A stretch of DNA of 64,000 nt from Octopus vulgaris (Eukaryota): assembly GCA_951406725.2 (NCBI GenBank), contig OX597839.1, positions 25,048,001-25,112,000 of the forward strand, written 5' to 3'. Both the position numbers and the translations under genes were made by a program. The notes beneath the pieces were generated by a model. That model was not told the DNA's origin. It was given only the letters and a program-made list of their open reading frames with translations, and did no database searches. Positions 22,741 through 36,873 of this stretch are shown here, piece after piece. The stretch's first letter is position 1. Each line of letters opens with the position of its first letter.

Positions 22741-24160
22741 GGACTGTGGCCATGCTGGGGCACTGCCTTGAAGGGGTTTTAGATGAGCAAATCAACCCCA
22801 GTACTTTTTTAAAGCCTAGTATTTATTCTATCAGTCTCTTTTGTTGAACCGCTAAGTTACGGGGACATAATCATATATATAGGCACAGGAGTGGCTGTGT
22901 GGTAAGTAGCTTGCTAACCAACCACATGGTTCTGGGTTCAGTCCCCACTGCGTGGCATCTTGGGCAAGTGTCTTCTGCTATAGCCCCGGGCCAACCAATG
23001 GACTGTGGCCATGCTGGGGCACTGCCTTGAAGAGGTTTTAGATGAGCAAATCAACCCCAGTACTTTTTTCAAGCCTAGTATTTATTCTATCAGTCTCTTT
23101 TGTTGAACCACTAAGTTACGGGGACATAATCATATATATAGGCACAGGAGTGGCTGTGTGGTAAGTAGCTTGCTAACCAACCACATGGTTCTGGGTTCAG
23201 TCCCACTGCGTGGCATCTTGGGCAAGTGTCTTCTGCTATAGCCCCGGGCCAACCAATGGACTGTGGCCATGCTGGGGCACTGCCTTGAAGAGGTTTTAGA
23301 TGAGCAAATCAACCCCAGTACTTTTTTCAAGCCTAGTATTTATTCTATCAGTCTCTTTTGTTGAACCACTAAGTTACGGGGACATAATCATATATATAGG
23401 CACAGGAGTGGCTGTGTGGTAAGTAGCTTGCTAACCAACCACATGGTTCTGGGTTCAGTCCCACTGCGTGGCATCTTGGGCAAGTGTCTTCTGCTATAGC
23501 CCCGGGCCAACCAATGGACTGTGGCCATGCTGGGGCACTGCCTTGAAGAGGTTTTAGATGAGCAAATCAACCCCAGTACTTTTTTCAAGCCTAGTATTTA
23601 TTCTATCAGTCTCTTTTGTTGAACCACTAAGTTACGGGGACATAATCATATATATAAGCACAGGAGTGGCTGTGTGGTAAGTAGCTTGCTAACCAACCAC
23701 ATGGTTCTGGGTTCAGTCCCACTGCGTGGCATCTTGGGCAAGTGTCTTCTGCTATAGCCCCGGGCCAACCAATGGACTGTGGCCATGCTGGGGCACTGCC
23801 TTGAAGAGGTTTTAGATGAGCAAATCAACCCCAGTACTTTTTTTAAGCCTGGTATTTATTCTATCAGTCTCTTTTGTTGAACCGCTAAGTTACGGGGACA
23901 TAATCATATATATAGGCACAGGAGTGGCTGTGTGGTAAGTAGCTTGCTAACCAACCACATGGTTCTGGGTTCAGTCCCACTGCGTGGCATCTTGGGCAAG
24001 TGTCTTCTGCTATAGCCCCGGGCCAACCAATGGACTGTGGCCATGCTGGGGCACTGCCTTGAAGAGGTTTTAGATGAGCAAATCAACCCCAGTACTTTTT
24101 TTAAGCCTGGTATTTATTCTATCAGTCTCTTTTGTTGAACCGCTAAGTTACGGGGACATA
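22741..24160. repeat. Tandem array, ~5.5 x 258 bp; unit = SINE-A head (+) fused to SINE-A 3' body (-)
   Basis: Identical ORFs recur at 23130, 23388, 23646 and 23904. The units are nearly identical. Confidence 0.92.
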
Positions 24161-24961
24161 AACAAACCAACACTGGTTGTCAAGCGGTGGTGGGGGACAA
24201 CCACAAAACACAAAGACACATATATAAATATGATAGGCTTCTTTCAGTTTCTGCCTACCATATCCATTCACAAGGCTTTTGTCAGTCCAAGACTATAGAT
24301 GAAGACACTTGCTCAAGGTAGCATGCAGTGGGACTGAACCTGGAACCATGTGGTTGGGAAGCAAGCTTTTTACCACATGGTCACACTTGATTTCTTTATC
24401 TTTTACTTATTTCAATCATTGGACTTTTTCAAGTTTGGTACATTTTTATCAATCTCTTTACTGAACCACTAAGTCACACTCACGTAAGGAAACCAGCATT
24501 GGTTGTCAAGTGGTAAAGTGGGACACACACACATCTATATAAATATATATAGGCGCAGGAGTGGCTGTGTGGTAAGTAGCTTGCTAACCAACCACATGGT
24601 TCCGGGTTCAGTCCCATTGTGTGGCATCTTGGGCAAGTGTCTTCTGCTATAGCCCCGGGCCGACCAATGCCTTGTGAGTGGATTTGGTAGATGGAAACTG
24701 AAAGAAGCCCGTTGTATATATGTATATATATATATATATGTGTGTGTGTTTGTGTGTCTGTGTTTGTCCCCCTAGCATTACTTGACAACCGATGCTGGTG
24801 TGTTTACGTTCCAGTAACTTAGCGGTTCGGCAATAGAGACCAATAGAATAAGTACTGGGCTTACAAACGAATAAGTCCTGGGGTCGATTTGCTCGACTAA
24901 AGGCGGTGCTCCAGCATGGCCACAGTCAAATGACTGAAACAAGTAAAAGAGTAAAAGAGTA

Positions 24962-25305
24962 TATAATTTCGTTATTTGCGAAATAAGGCTACCATTGGTT
25001 TCATGTTCAGAAAAGTGGGAAAATATCCTAGTGTCTTAACAATTTTTCAAGCCAATCACACGGAGAAAGGTATTTGCCTCCATTTTGGGAAACACCCTGC
25101 TTTGTTTATAGGATTTCTCATAAATTTGCATAAATACACAAATTTACAAGAAAACCCATGAACGATGCAAGACTGTTTTCCAAAATGGGGGCGAATGCCT
25201 TTCTGCATGTGATCAGTTTGGAAAATTGCTGAGACACTGGGATATTTTCCCACTTTTCTAAACATGAAACCAATGGTAGCTTTATTTCACAAATAAAGAA
25301 ACTAT
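24962..25305. mobile_element. Fold-back MITE, ~345 bp
   Basis: Imperfect palindrome over its whole length (gctaccattggtttcatgtt...aacatgaaaccaatggtagc), with TA-rich ends. Confidence 0.75.
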
Positions 25306-25745
25306 ATATATTTCTTTACTACCCACAAGGGGCTAAACAAAGACAGACAAACGGATTAAGTCGATTACATCGACCCCAGTGCGTGACTGGTATTTAATTT
25401 ATCGACCCCGAAAGGATGAAAGGCAAAGTCGACCTCGACGGAATTTGAACCCAGAATATAGCGGCGGACGAAATACGGCTACGCATTTCGCCCGGTGTGC
25501 TAACATTTCTGCCAGCTCTTGTTCAACGTTTACGTAGATCATCATCATCATCATTATCATCGTTTAACGTCCGTTTTCCATGCTAGCATGGGTTGGACGG
25601 TTTGACCGGGGTCTGGGAAGCCAGGAGGCCACACTATACTCCAGTCTGATCTGGCAGTGTTTCTATGGCTGGATGCCCTTCCTAATGCCAACCACTCCAA
25701 GAGTGTAGTGGGTGCTTTTATGTGCCACCGGCAGATATATGTGTA

Positions 25746-25778
<33 letters not shown>

Positions 25779-27000
25779 ACACATATACATTGGGCTTCCC
25801 CATAGTTTCTGTTCCTCAAATTCACTCACAGGTCATTGGTCAGCCCATTGGTATTGTAGAAGGCGATGAACTAGTAGAAACGTTAGCACGTGGGGCGAAA
25901 TGCTTAGCGGTATTTCGTCTGCCGTTACGTTCTGAGTTCAAATTCCGCCGAGGTCGACTTTTCCTTTCATCCTTTCGGGGTCGATTAACTAAGTACCAGT
26001 TACGCACTTGTGGGTAATAAAGAAATAGGTATTGTAGAAGACTAGCCTTGGTCATTCCATGACTATCATAGAAAACACTTACAATGGGACTGAACCTAGA
26101 ACTTCATGGTTACAAAGAAAGCTTTTTAATCACACAGCCATGCCCCTCCCTTGTTGAAATCATATTTTGAAGTTGTTCCATTAAAAATAAAAAATAAAAA
26201 AAAAGGGACTCTGTAGTCTTTTTGTTGGTCAGGTGGGAAATTGTGCTGGAATTTGTTTTTGAAGTTGAAAACCAAAGAATAAATATTGTAACGATGTGTT
26301 CTGTTTGCTTTGCAAGACAGGTCTTTCGCATTGAGAGAGAAATGTTGGTTGGGGAAACAGTAAATACTTACATGCTTGGTAAATATCAAACAAACACAAC
26401 CACAGAAGAGCAAATGTCATGTAGATCAAAGAAATGCGAAGGGAGAGTACAAAGGTTCAAGCCCAGTTAGCAGCAGTTGAGTTGTTTATTTTCTTTTCTT
26501 TTTATTCATATTTTTTCTATTCTTTCACTGGTTTCAGTAATTTGACTGCAGCCATGCTGGAGCACCGCCTTTAGTTGAATGAACTGACCCCAGGACTTAT
26601 TTTTTGCAAGCCTATTATCTTATCGGATTCTTTTGCTGAACTGCTAAGTTATGGGGATGTAAACACACCAACACCGGTTGTCAAGTGACAGGGGGGAGGG
26701 GGACAAACACAGACACACAAACATATACATACATATATATATACAATGGATTTCTTTCAGTTTCTGTCTAACAAATCCACTCCCAACGCTTTGGTCAGCC
26801 CGAGGTTATACTAGAAGCCACTTGCCCAAGGTGCTATGCAGTGGGACTGAACCCAGAACCATATGGTTGGGAAGCAAGTTCCTTACCACACACCCATGCC
26901 TGTTTAAGATTTCAATTTATATTTAAGATTTTACCAAGAGAAAGTACAATGTAAAATGGAATAAATATCAAAATGCTTAATAAATGTTTGAGATTTGTTC

Positions 27001-27369
27001 TTACCTCCACCTTATTGAAGGCGGAGGTATTGTTTTCAGTTGTGTTTGTTTGTTTATTTGTCCGTGGATAAGTTATCTCAAGAACTGCTGGATGGATTCA
27101 GATGAAACTTTCAGGGATGTTTGGCTTTGTGACTGGCACAAACTGATTAGATTTTGGGATCGATCCAGTACAGCACAAGAATTATAGATTCTTTTTCCTG
27201 TTTTTTCCTTAATTTTTGAGAGCAGTTTGGTTCCTTTTTACTATTCTCGTTTGTGAGAGCAGTCGAGTTTATTTCAGATATCCTCATTTTAAAAATCATC
27301 TCTGGCAAATCGTTGAGAGGGCATTGGTGTGGCCTTGGCAAAGGTTTGTGCTTTCTGAGTACTCTTGTT
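27001..27369 (+). mobile_element. Helentron-associated non-autonomous element (HINE/DINE-1-like)
   Basis: 5' ttacctccacc...ggcggagg sub-terminal hairpin, (GTTT)n tract, and 3' ccttggcaaaggtttgtgctttctgagtactcttgtt. Confidence 0.6.
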
Positions 27370-27499
27370 ATGATTAAAAATTTAGCTAAGGATTAAGGTT
27401 CGTTGAAAAGCCAGGCAACCCTATCAAATCTATAATCGGTAGAACCTATCCTTTTTGTAGAACCCCCTGTACGGATAAGTACTGTACTGTATGTAGATT

Positions 27500-27760
27500 T
27501 AGCCCACAAACAAACTGTAAAGCCAGAAATGTAGTCTATAGTATAAGATGTATAGAGGGATGATGCAGTAACAAGACAATAACATACGTTGGGGAAACGG
27601 CAAGAAGCATAGGAGAGCGGGTGAATGAAAATTGGAGAGAACTCAAGGAGGGTAAAAGCTCATCGATTCTGTACCAACACGCCGAACAGGAACACGGGGG
27701 ATCAATCAATAACATAGAGATTAAGATATTGTCCACATATAGAACAGATGCAACAATCAG
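27500..27760 (+). mobile_element. Penelope-like element GIY-YIG endonuclease remnant
   Basis: Frame reads NCKARNVVYSIRCIEG*CSNKTITYVGETARSIGERVNE...SILYQHAEQEH, the C..NVVY.I.C...YVGET.R...R..E...H...H pattern of PLE endonucleases. One in-frame stop. Confidence 0.8.
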
Positions 27761-28746
27761 TAGCTCTTTATATTTAAAAAAAAAGGGATCTTTTTGGTTT
27801 GAACGGCAGTTTTTAACATAATATCTAGGTAACTAAAATATTTTAAACTTCGTATACTGGTAGAATGTGTTTATAAAACATCTTTTTCTCTTGGCTTTAT
27901 TGAGAAAATAGTTTGTAAGATATTTGTTGTTTTTTTTCTTCAATTTCTGCAATTTAAACCAATCACTGATGTCTATTGAGGTAAAAAAAAAACATTCTGT
28001 GCCGTATGAATATGTCCCTTGTTTAAGAAACAGATTGGGTTTATTTACATTTGTGAAGAAAAAAGATACCCTTCCCACCACCTCTAACCCTAACCCTAAC
28101 CGTAAAACAGATTGAAATGCAATAGATCGATTCTAGGGTCATAATTATGGGTGACAATTTCATATGACACCGCTAGAAAAAACTGCCTTAAAATAAACGG
28201 TTAACCCTTTAGTGTTCAGATTATTCTATCAAACATAACGCCTATTGATTCCCATTGATTTGAATTAATCAGGCATTATCTCATATCTTCAAGATCTTGA
28301 TGGTGTAATTACTTAATGTAGAATAACATTGTAGGGTAGGTGTGAGAGCCTGGATCTGGTCAGTTTGAACATAAAATAGATTAACTACTTTGGCCGGATA
28401 TGGCCAGTTTAAATGCTAAAGGGTTAAACAATAGCTACATGAAGACATAATTTTTTGGTGCCTAATTTCCTCGTGCCACAACGACGACCATGTAAAATAT
28501 GAGAGGTTTACTGTCGCATGCATCCCTTTATGTATATCTCGTCTTCCTTGAAACTTTTAAGAACATTTAAGAATTGAAATATTCGTTTTTGGAATCTTGG
28601 GTTTCCATACTCTAATCCTCTGCTAGTTCGCCCATCCGTGTTATCCATCCGTGACTTATTCACCTTAAAACTTGGGGACATATACCAACCAGTTTGTTAC
28701 AAAATCATCCGGGTAATACTGATTAAATTAAGTATATCTGAAGAGA

Positions 28747-29108
28747 CTTTTCCATGGAAAGGTCACTGCTTGGTATCTCGTTGACAGAGCACATAAGTAG
28801 CAAGATCATCAGAAAGAAGTCCGGCGTGAGAGATGTCATCGCAGAGTATACTCGCAGCAAGTATAGATGGGCTGGACACGTCACCCGGCTCACCGATAAT
28901 CGGTGGATGCACGCAGCTGTCGAGTGGTACCCGCGTGAGCGGAAAAGACCACCCGGAAGACCTCCACGACGGTGGAGTGACGATTTCAAGAGGACGATTG
29001 GGATCACGTGGATGAGAAAGGCGCGATCCAGAGAGGAGTGGACAGCGTGCTGTGACCAGCGGTGTCAAATAGACGCCTGACAGATTGGTCAGTCAAAGTG
29101 ATCGAGTG
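28747..29108 (+). mobile_element. 5'-truncated RTE-1-like LINE 3' end
   Basis: MERSLLG...KYRWAGHVTR..DNRW...WYPR..KRPPGRPPRRWSDD. 13-bp TSD atatctgaagaga at 28734-28746 and 29109-29121. Confidence 0.88.
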
Positions 29109-29308
29109 ATATCTGAAGAGATACATCACGGTGTGTACTTTTATTTATGCAGGTCTGTAAATTATATATGTAGGTATGAAAAGGTTTGATTTTAGCTGTT
29201 TGAGTCGAATACAGTAATCCCTTGCCATATCGCGGTTTATTATTTAAACTTACATTGATTCCTCCATGGTGTTGTTTTGAATTTATAATAAAATAAATAT
29301 ATACAAAA

Positions 29309-29712
29309 GGATCTTTTCCTTTTGAACGGCACATGTCAACACAATTTCTAGTTAACTAAACACTTTAAAACTTCGTATACTGGTAGAATGCGTCAAAATA
29401 AAACATTTTTTCTCTTGGCTTTCTCGATAAAATTGTAATTTGTTTGTTTAACGTAGTTTAATTTTTCGAAGGGTTAGTGACAGGATGTTGTCTCAGTTTT
29501 GGACGCAGCAAATGATTTTAGTGCAATAGAGGCCATTGATTGGTTAAAATTCGAAAAATTAAACTACATTAAACAAACAAATTACAATTTTATCAAGAAA
29601 GCCAAGAGAAAAAATGATGTTTTATAAACACATTCTACCAGTATACGAAGTTTAAAAGTGTTTAGTTAACTAGAAATTGTGCTGACATGTGCCGTTCAAA
29701 AGGAAAAGATCC
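29309..29712. mobile_element. MITE with long TIRs, Merlin-like (related partial copy at 27786-28190)
   Basis: GGATCTTTTCC...GGAAAAGATCC termini, ~150-bp arms, and an 8-bp near-TSD atacaaaa/atacaaat. Confidence 0.7.
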
Positions 29713-29920
29713 ATACAAATTACTAAAATAATTTAAAAAAATATATACAGGCGCAGGAGTGGCTGTGTGGTAAGTAGCTTGTTTACCAACCACATGGTTC
29801 CGGGTTCAGTCCCACTGCGTGGCACCTTGGGCAAGTGTCTTCTGCTATAGCCCCGGGCCGACCAATGCCTTGTGAATGGATTTGGTAGACGGAAACTGAA
29901 AGAAGCCCGTCGCATATATG

Positions 29921-29951
<31 letters not shown>

Positions 29952-30683
29952 TTGTATGTCTGTGTTTGTCCCCCCAACATCACTTGACAATCGATGCTGG
30001 TGTGTTTATGTCCCCGTTACTTAGCGGTTCGGCAAAAAGAGACCGATAGAATAAGTACTGGGCTTACAAAAGAATAAGTCCCGGGGTCGAGTTGCTCAAC
30101 TAAAGGCAGTGCTCCAGCATGGCCGCAGTCAAATGACTGAAACTAGTAAAAGAGTAAAGAGAGTACAGTACTGTTTCTACTTCGCATATTTTCCCCTATC
30201 GTGAGGGGTGTTGGAACGTAACACCCGCGATAATCGAGGGATTGCTGTATATGAACCGCACAGAGAGAGAGAGAATCTGCAAATGAAGGGAAGTAACTTT
30301 TATATAGAGTTGTCTCCCTTAGTTTTTTTACAGACGTTTTTAAATTTGCTTTGTAAGATTCCTGATATGAAATCGTGTGTTGAAGCATTGTTTTATTTCG
30401 TGGTGATGGTCATTTCCTTTTCCTTTTCCTTTTTTTTTTTGGCAATAAAAAGAAAATGGCTTTCCCGAAATATAACAACATCTTTATAGAATTTTCCTTT
30501 ATAGGCGCAGGAGTGGCTGTGTGGTAAGTAGCTTGCTTACCAACCACATGGTTCTGGGTTCAGTCCTACTGCGTGGCACCTTGGGCAAGTGTCTTCTACT
30601 ATAGCCTCGGGCCGACCAAAGCCTTGTGAGTGGATTTAGTAGACGGAAACTGAAAGAAGCCCATCGTATATATGTATATATAT

Positions 30684-30932
30684 ATTATATAAAAGGGCTT
30701 AGTAAAATAAATTACTTCTCAGCCGCATACTGAACTCATTAGAAATAGCAGCTAAAAAACTTTTTTAAAGCTATTTCTAATACTTAAAGAAAATCTCTCT
30801 CATATATAGCTATATATGAGCGAGATTTTCTTTAAGTATTAGAAATAGCTTTAAAAAAGTTTTTAGCTGCTATTTCTAATGAGTTCAGTATGCGTTGTAA
30901 GTAATTTATTTTACTAAGCCCTTTTATATAAT
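30684..30932. repeat. Near-perfect ~250-bp palindrome inserted in the (TA)n tract of a SINE
   Basis: Symmetry centre catatatag|ctatatatg at 30809/30810 with no spacer. Confidence 0.9.
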
Positions 30933-31349
30933 GTAATAATTTGAATTCGCCTTAAATGGTCCCTTTGCATACTGAACACTTGGTGAAATTGATTAATAAT
31001 TAATTAATTTTACCCTCAATTGTTGAAATTATGTATATATATATATATATATGCGTGTGTGTGTTTGTGTATCTATGTTTGTCCCCCTAGCATTGCTTGA
31101 CAACCGATGCTGGTGTGTTTATGTCCCCGTTACTTAGCGGTTCAGCAAAAGAGACCGATAGAATAAGTACTGGGCTTACAAAAGAATAAGTCCCGGGGTC
31201 GAGTTGCTCGATTAAAGGTGGTGCTCCAGCATGGCCGCAGTCAAATGACTGAAACAAGTAAAAGAGTAAAAGAGTAAAGAGTATTGTCGACGTTCAAAAT
31301 TGTCTTTTTGGTCTGTGCTGCTCAGTGAAGACTGTAAAAGCTGTAAGAT

Positions 31350-32470
31350 ATGACCCGGGTATCAAGAAAACGAAGTACCCCCTCAGACTGCAACGGGTTT
31401 TGACTGTGCCTTCAGTGAGGGTGGGGGTCATACCACCCCACACCTTTGAACAGGGCCTCAGGCTCAATTCAAAAATCCTTCGTGAAGCTGCTGGAGGCTG
31501 TGCTCAGACCCTGGTTCAAGAGGGTTGCTGCTGGAAAGCCATATGTGTGGCAGAAGGATTCAGTTCCTTGCCAAACCCCTGGAAAGAGCCAGAAACAATT
31601 GTGACGGAAATTTTACGACTTCACCAGCCACTAGCATAAGCTCTCGTGGAAGCGCCATCCAACCAACATGCAAATATATGGGAAACTACCATCTGTGTCA
31701 TCTCTTGTGAAAGGTAGGAGAGTCCAGTTTGCTGGACATTGTTGTAGAGCTGAAAAAGAAGTAATTTCTACTCTTCTCCTCTGGAAGCCATCTACTCGCA
31801 ATACCAGAGGGCGCACACTCTCCTACCCTGATGTAATCTCCAGGGATGCAGGCATCCAGCAACAGCACCTCCGTAATGCCATGATGGACCGTGAAGTCTG
31901 GCGTAGCATGGTAAATTCCGTTGTCTCGACCATGGTCGAACAATGATGATGATGATAAACATAAGCTAGAGAGGTGGAGCAGTACGCCTCAGGTGGCACT
32001 TTTATGGGACAACACTACTTTTGGGCCTGCTGTAAGCAGTATGTATTTATTGTGGTGGCCCAGGGGCAGCAAACTGAAGGGCCACCCCAGGATGCGCACA
32101 CTCTATACTAGTGTCACCAGCCCTAATATCTTGCCTCTTAATCCTCCCAAGTGTAATCCTATGGAATATTAGGCATAGGGCACAGTTGAGAAAGACAGCA
32201 ACTGCTCTGCTTGGTGGCCAAGGTCAAGGAAGAGTCTAAAGATCTTCCCAGAAATAGGTATTTCGTCTGTCTTTACATTCTGAGTTCAAATTCTGCCGAG
32301 GTCAACTTTGCCTTTCATCATTTCAGAGGTCGATAAAATTAGTACCAGTCAAATACTGGGGTCTTCCCAGAGGCACAGTGAGGAATACACGCACCAGGTT
32401 CCGGAACTGTCTTAAGGTCATGGTGGAAGTGGAGGGTGGCTGCTTGGAGCAAACTGTTATCTCCCAACCA
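31350..32470 (+). mobile_element. Decayed Tc1/mariner (DD37D/maT-like) transposase with nested insertions
   Basis: KTKYP..VIPPHTFEQGLRLNS, PWFKRVAAGKPYVWQKDSVPC, NPPKCNPMEY..GTVEKD and TVRNTRTRFRNCLKVMVEVEGG. Interrupted by a hAT MITE at 31629-32113 (8-bp TSD tcaccagc), an RTE tail at 31641-31956 and a SINE at 32254-32363. Confidence 0.75.
31641..31956 (+). mobile_element. Short RTE-type LINE 3' end with (GAT)n tail
   Basis: IYGKLP.VSS..KGRRVQFAGHCCR...LLLWKP..GR.LSYPD...AMMDREVWR, with a TSD-like cataagct. Confidence 0.8.
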
Positions 32471-32969
32471 TAATCTAACTTCCACTTCTTTCAGTCATTT
32501 GACTGCGGCCATGCTGGAGCACCACCTTTAATCGAGCAACTCGACCCTGGGACTTATTCTTTTGTAAGCCCAATTCTATCAGTCTCTTTTGCCGAACTGC
32601 TAAGTAACGGGGACATAAACACACCAGCATTGGTTGTCAAGCAATGCTAGGGGGACAAACACAGACACACAAACATATACACACACACTCATATATATAT
32701 ACATATATACGACGGGCTTCTTTCAGTTTCCATCTACCAAATCCACTCACAAGGCATTGGTCAGCTCGGGGCTATAGTAGAAGACACTTGCCCAAGGTGC
32801 CACGCAGTGGGACTGAACCCGGAACCAGGACGTATTTCTGACCCCAGGACTGACCCCAGGACGTATTTCTTTTTAAGACTGGTGCTTATTCTATCAGTCT
32901 CTTTTGCTGAACCACTAAGTTATGGGGGATGTAAACACACCAACACTGGTTGTCAAGTGGTGGTGGAGG

Positions 32970-33000
<31 letters not shown>

Positions 33001-33046
33001 TGTACCCACACACAAATACACGCACACGCACATGTACACACATACA

Positions 33047-33081
<35 letters not shown>

Positions 33082-33706
33082 TCTTTATTATAATTCAGTT
33101 TTGTAAATGGATGTCTTCAAATTCAGTGAAGCCCATATTTGAAAAACACAATTAAATTAAGGTAGTGGTGATGGTTGTGGTGGTGGTGGTGGTAGTGGTA
33201 TGGTGGTGGTGGTGGTGGTGGTGGTGGTGGTGGTTGTGGTGGTGGTGGTTGTAGTGGTGGTTGGTGGTTGTGGTGGTGGTGGTGGTATGGTGGTGGTGGT
33301 GGTGGCGGCGGCGGCGGTGGTGACGGCAGTGGCGGTGGTGGTGGCAACCTGATCTGGCAAGGTTTCTACTATATATATATATATATAGTAAAATAAGGAT
33401 TCAGATAGAATGCGGTACTTGAAAAGAAATGCACCAGGTAGGGTTGGATAAAGCTGGGGTTCCGGTCTATGGTCATTAAGTATCAATTAGGATACTCCAG
33501 ATGTGTACCCAGAGAAAACCAACCCTATTAAGTGCCTAGGGGCTGGTCCAAAGCATGCTTTACATTGAATTGTACGTTGTTGGTATATTCTAGGGTGTGC
33601 GGCAAGTCATAAATCCCCATGGTGTATAACAATCAAATGAATAATGACAGACGATTGATGATTGTTGGCTCATTACAGCTGTTTCTTTTGTTTGTGAAAT
33701 TATGTT

Positions 33707-33786
33707 TCATCTGATGATTACAGTTTTTTTTGTAATGAAGTAATTTTCTCTTCTTTTGAAATATGCAAAAGAAACAACTGTAATGA
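33707..33786 (+). ncRNA. Degenerate hammerhead-like motif within an inverted repeat (33640-33815)
   Basis: tcat CTGATGA ... GAAA caactg TA atga. The inverted arm carries gaaa cagctg ta atga. Stem II is poorly paired. Confidence 0.4.
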
Positions 33787-33867
33787 GCTGGCAATTATCC
33801 ATCATCTGTTATTATTCGGTGTGTGTATATATATATGTATATATATATGTATATGTATGTGTATATA

Positions 33868-33918
<51 letters not shown>

Positions 33919-34100
33919 GTGTGTATATATATGTATACATATATATATATATATGTATGTATATATATATATATGTATGTATATATGTCAGTATATATAT
34001 GTATGTATGTATATATGTATGTATATATATGTATATATGTATATATATGTATCACCATCTTTCTTCTATATCCGCTAGCCAGCGGGTGCGTATATATATG

Positions 34101-34135
<35 letters not shown>

Positions 34136-34190
34136 ATATATGTGTATATGTATGTATGTATATATATGTGTGTGTGTGTATATAAATGTA

Positions 34191-34238
<48 letters not shown>

Positions 34239-34302
34239 AATATATGTATATATATATGTATATGTATATGTATGTATGTATGTATGAGTGTGTGTATGTC
34301 TA

Positions 34303-35081
34303 CATGGTCTGATCAATAAGCATCCAGAATGTTGCCATAGTAACGAAGCCACATGACACAGATTGACCTTGAACTCTGCTCTGCTGGCACACTAAGTTTC
34401 AATGTTCTAGCTCACTTCTGCTGTTTGCAACATTTTTGCCAAAATCTTGGCAATACCTGCTCAAACAGTTTTCATCGCTCCTAACACAGTCAAGGAGATC
34501 TTGTGCGACTGAAACCTGCCTGGCCATTTTGGTCAGCTGAAAGCAGTTTTGGCACAAGTTTGACAGACACGTGTCTCATACCCAAATCTTCGGTGATAAT
34601 GGACTGAACTGAACTCCAACTAATCTGCACATCCTCTGATAACTCACGGATGGGTGATTTGACGATTTCCCCTCACAGCTGCAAGCACATCTGTGAGGTT
34701 TTTCTCAGTTCTGTTCGTTGCAGGTCTCCAAGAACGTTCATCAATATCGACATTTTCTTGGCCATCTTGGAAACATCTGAACCACTCGTACACTTGTGTG
34801 CAGATCTTACACTCCTCTCCATACACTTTCTGCAACTGTGCATAGGCCTATGAGCAGGTATCGCCATGACAACTTATTCTGTCATGGTCAATGCGATGAT
34901 CACACGCTACACACCTTCCTTCCAAGCACTGCTGTAAACAGCAGAAGTGAACTACAACATTAAAACTTAGTGTGAATGCACAGCAGAGTTGTTGGAGTCA
35001 ATCTTTGCCAAGTGACTTCACTCTGCAGGCTTTAGCTGCATTACTATGGCAATAGTCCGGTTACTTATTGATCAGACCTTA
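34303..35081 (-). mobile_element. Internally deleted mariner element
   Basis: TIRs ggtctgatcaataag...ttgccatagtaa at both ends with TA flanks. The minus-strand frame QKVYGEEC...QVYEWFRCFQDGQENVDIDERSWRP is a mariner HTH. Confidence 0.85.
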
Positions 35082-35134
35082 TATATATGTATATACAGAT
35101 GTATGTGTATGTATATATATATATAATTATTATT

Positions 35135-35495
35135 ATTTGAGGGAATAAAATCCAAACTTACAAGAAAAAAGAATTCAATTTAGAAATACTAAATCAAATT
35201 CCACACAATATAATATATATAAAATATTAGAAAAAAACCACCTTTTATCAATTCAAAATGAATAATTGAATTACACCATCTAGAAAATTACATATAATAG
35301 AAAAGTTAAAATTAAAATAACAATTAAAAGTAAAGATTAAATAAATTACAAGAATAATATAATGTATATAATAGGTATTATATACATTATATTATTCTTG
35401 TAATTTACTTAATCTTTCAACTTTTCTATTATATGTAATTTTCTAGATGGTGTAATTTAATTATTCATTTTGAATTGATAAAAGGTGGGTTTTTC

Positions 35496-35505
<10 letters not shown>
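35135..35505. mobile_element. AT-rich inverted-repeat element in (TA)n, related to the hammerhead-bearing element at 52350-52700
   Basis: Arms 35225-35360 and 35390-35500 are inverted. The 5' part ggaataaaatccaaacttacaagaaaaaa matches the reverse complement of 52655-52690. Confidence 0.55.
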
Positions 35506-35553
<48 letters not shown>

Positions 35554-35960
35554 TACATATATATATAGGAGTGGCTGTGTGGTAAGTAGCTTGCTAACCA
35601 ACCACATGGTTCCGGGTTCGGTCCCACTGTGTGGCATCTTGGGCAAGTGTCTTCTGCTATAGCCCCAGGCCGACCAATGCCTTGTGAGTGGATTTGGTAG
35701 ACGGAAACTGAAAGAAGCCTGTCGTTTATATGTATATATATATGTGTGTGTGTGTGTCTGTGTTTGTCCCCCTAGCATTGCTTGGCAACCGATGCTGGAG
35801 TGTTTACGTCCCCGTCACTTAGCGGTTCGGCAAAAGAGACCGATAGAATAAGTACTGGGCTTACAAAGAATAAGTCCCGGGGTCGATTTGCTCGACTAAA
35901 GGCGGTGCTCCAGCATGGCCGCAGTCAAATGACTGAAACAAGTAAAAGAGTAAAAGAGTA

Positions 35961-35995
<35 letters not shown>

Positions 35996-36448
35996 TAGAT
36001 AGATAGATAGACATATATATATATATATATACATACATGTGTATGTATGTATTTATGTCTTTGTGTCTATGTTTGTCCCACCACCACCACCACCACCACC
36101 ACTTGACAACCGGTGTTGGTGTGTTTATGTCCTCGTAACTTGCAAGTTCAGCAAAAAAGACCGATTGAATACGTTATCGGTCTTAAAGAGAAAATAAGAA
36201 CTGCGGTAGGTAAAGCGGTGCTCCAGCATGGCCACGGTCCGATGGCTGAAACAAGTAAAAGATAAAAAGCTTTACACACACACACACACACATATGTACA
36301 CATATTTCGCACAGAGACAGATAGACAGACAGACGTGTGTGCGCGGGTGGTAATGAATTGTAAAGAGCCAACGATGAGGAACAGGATGCAAGGGACACAA
36401 CTGTGTTCCGCTTGTGATAAATAGTGACAGTTTTGAAATATTTCGTGG

Positions 36449-36873
<425 letters not shown>

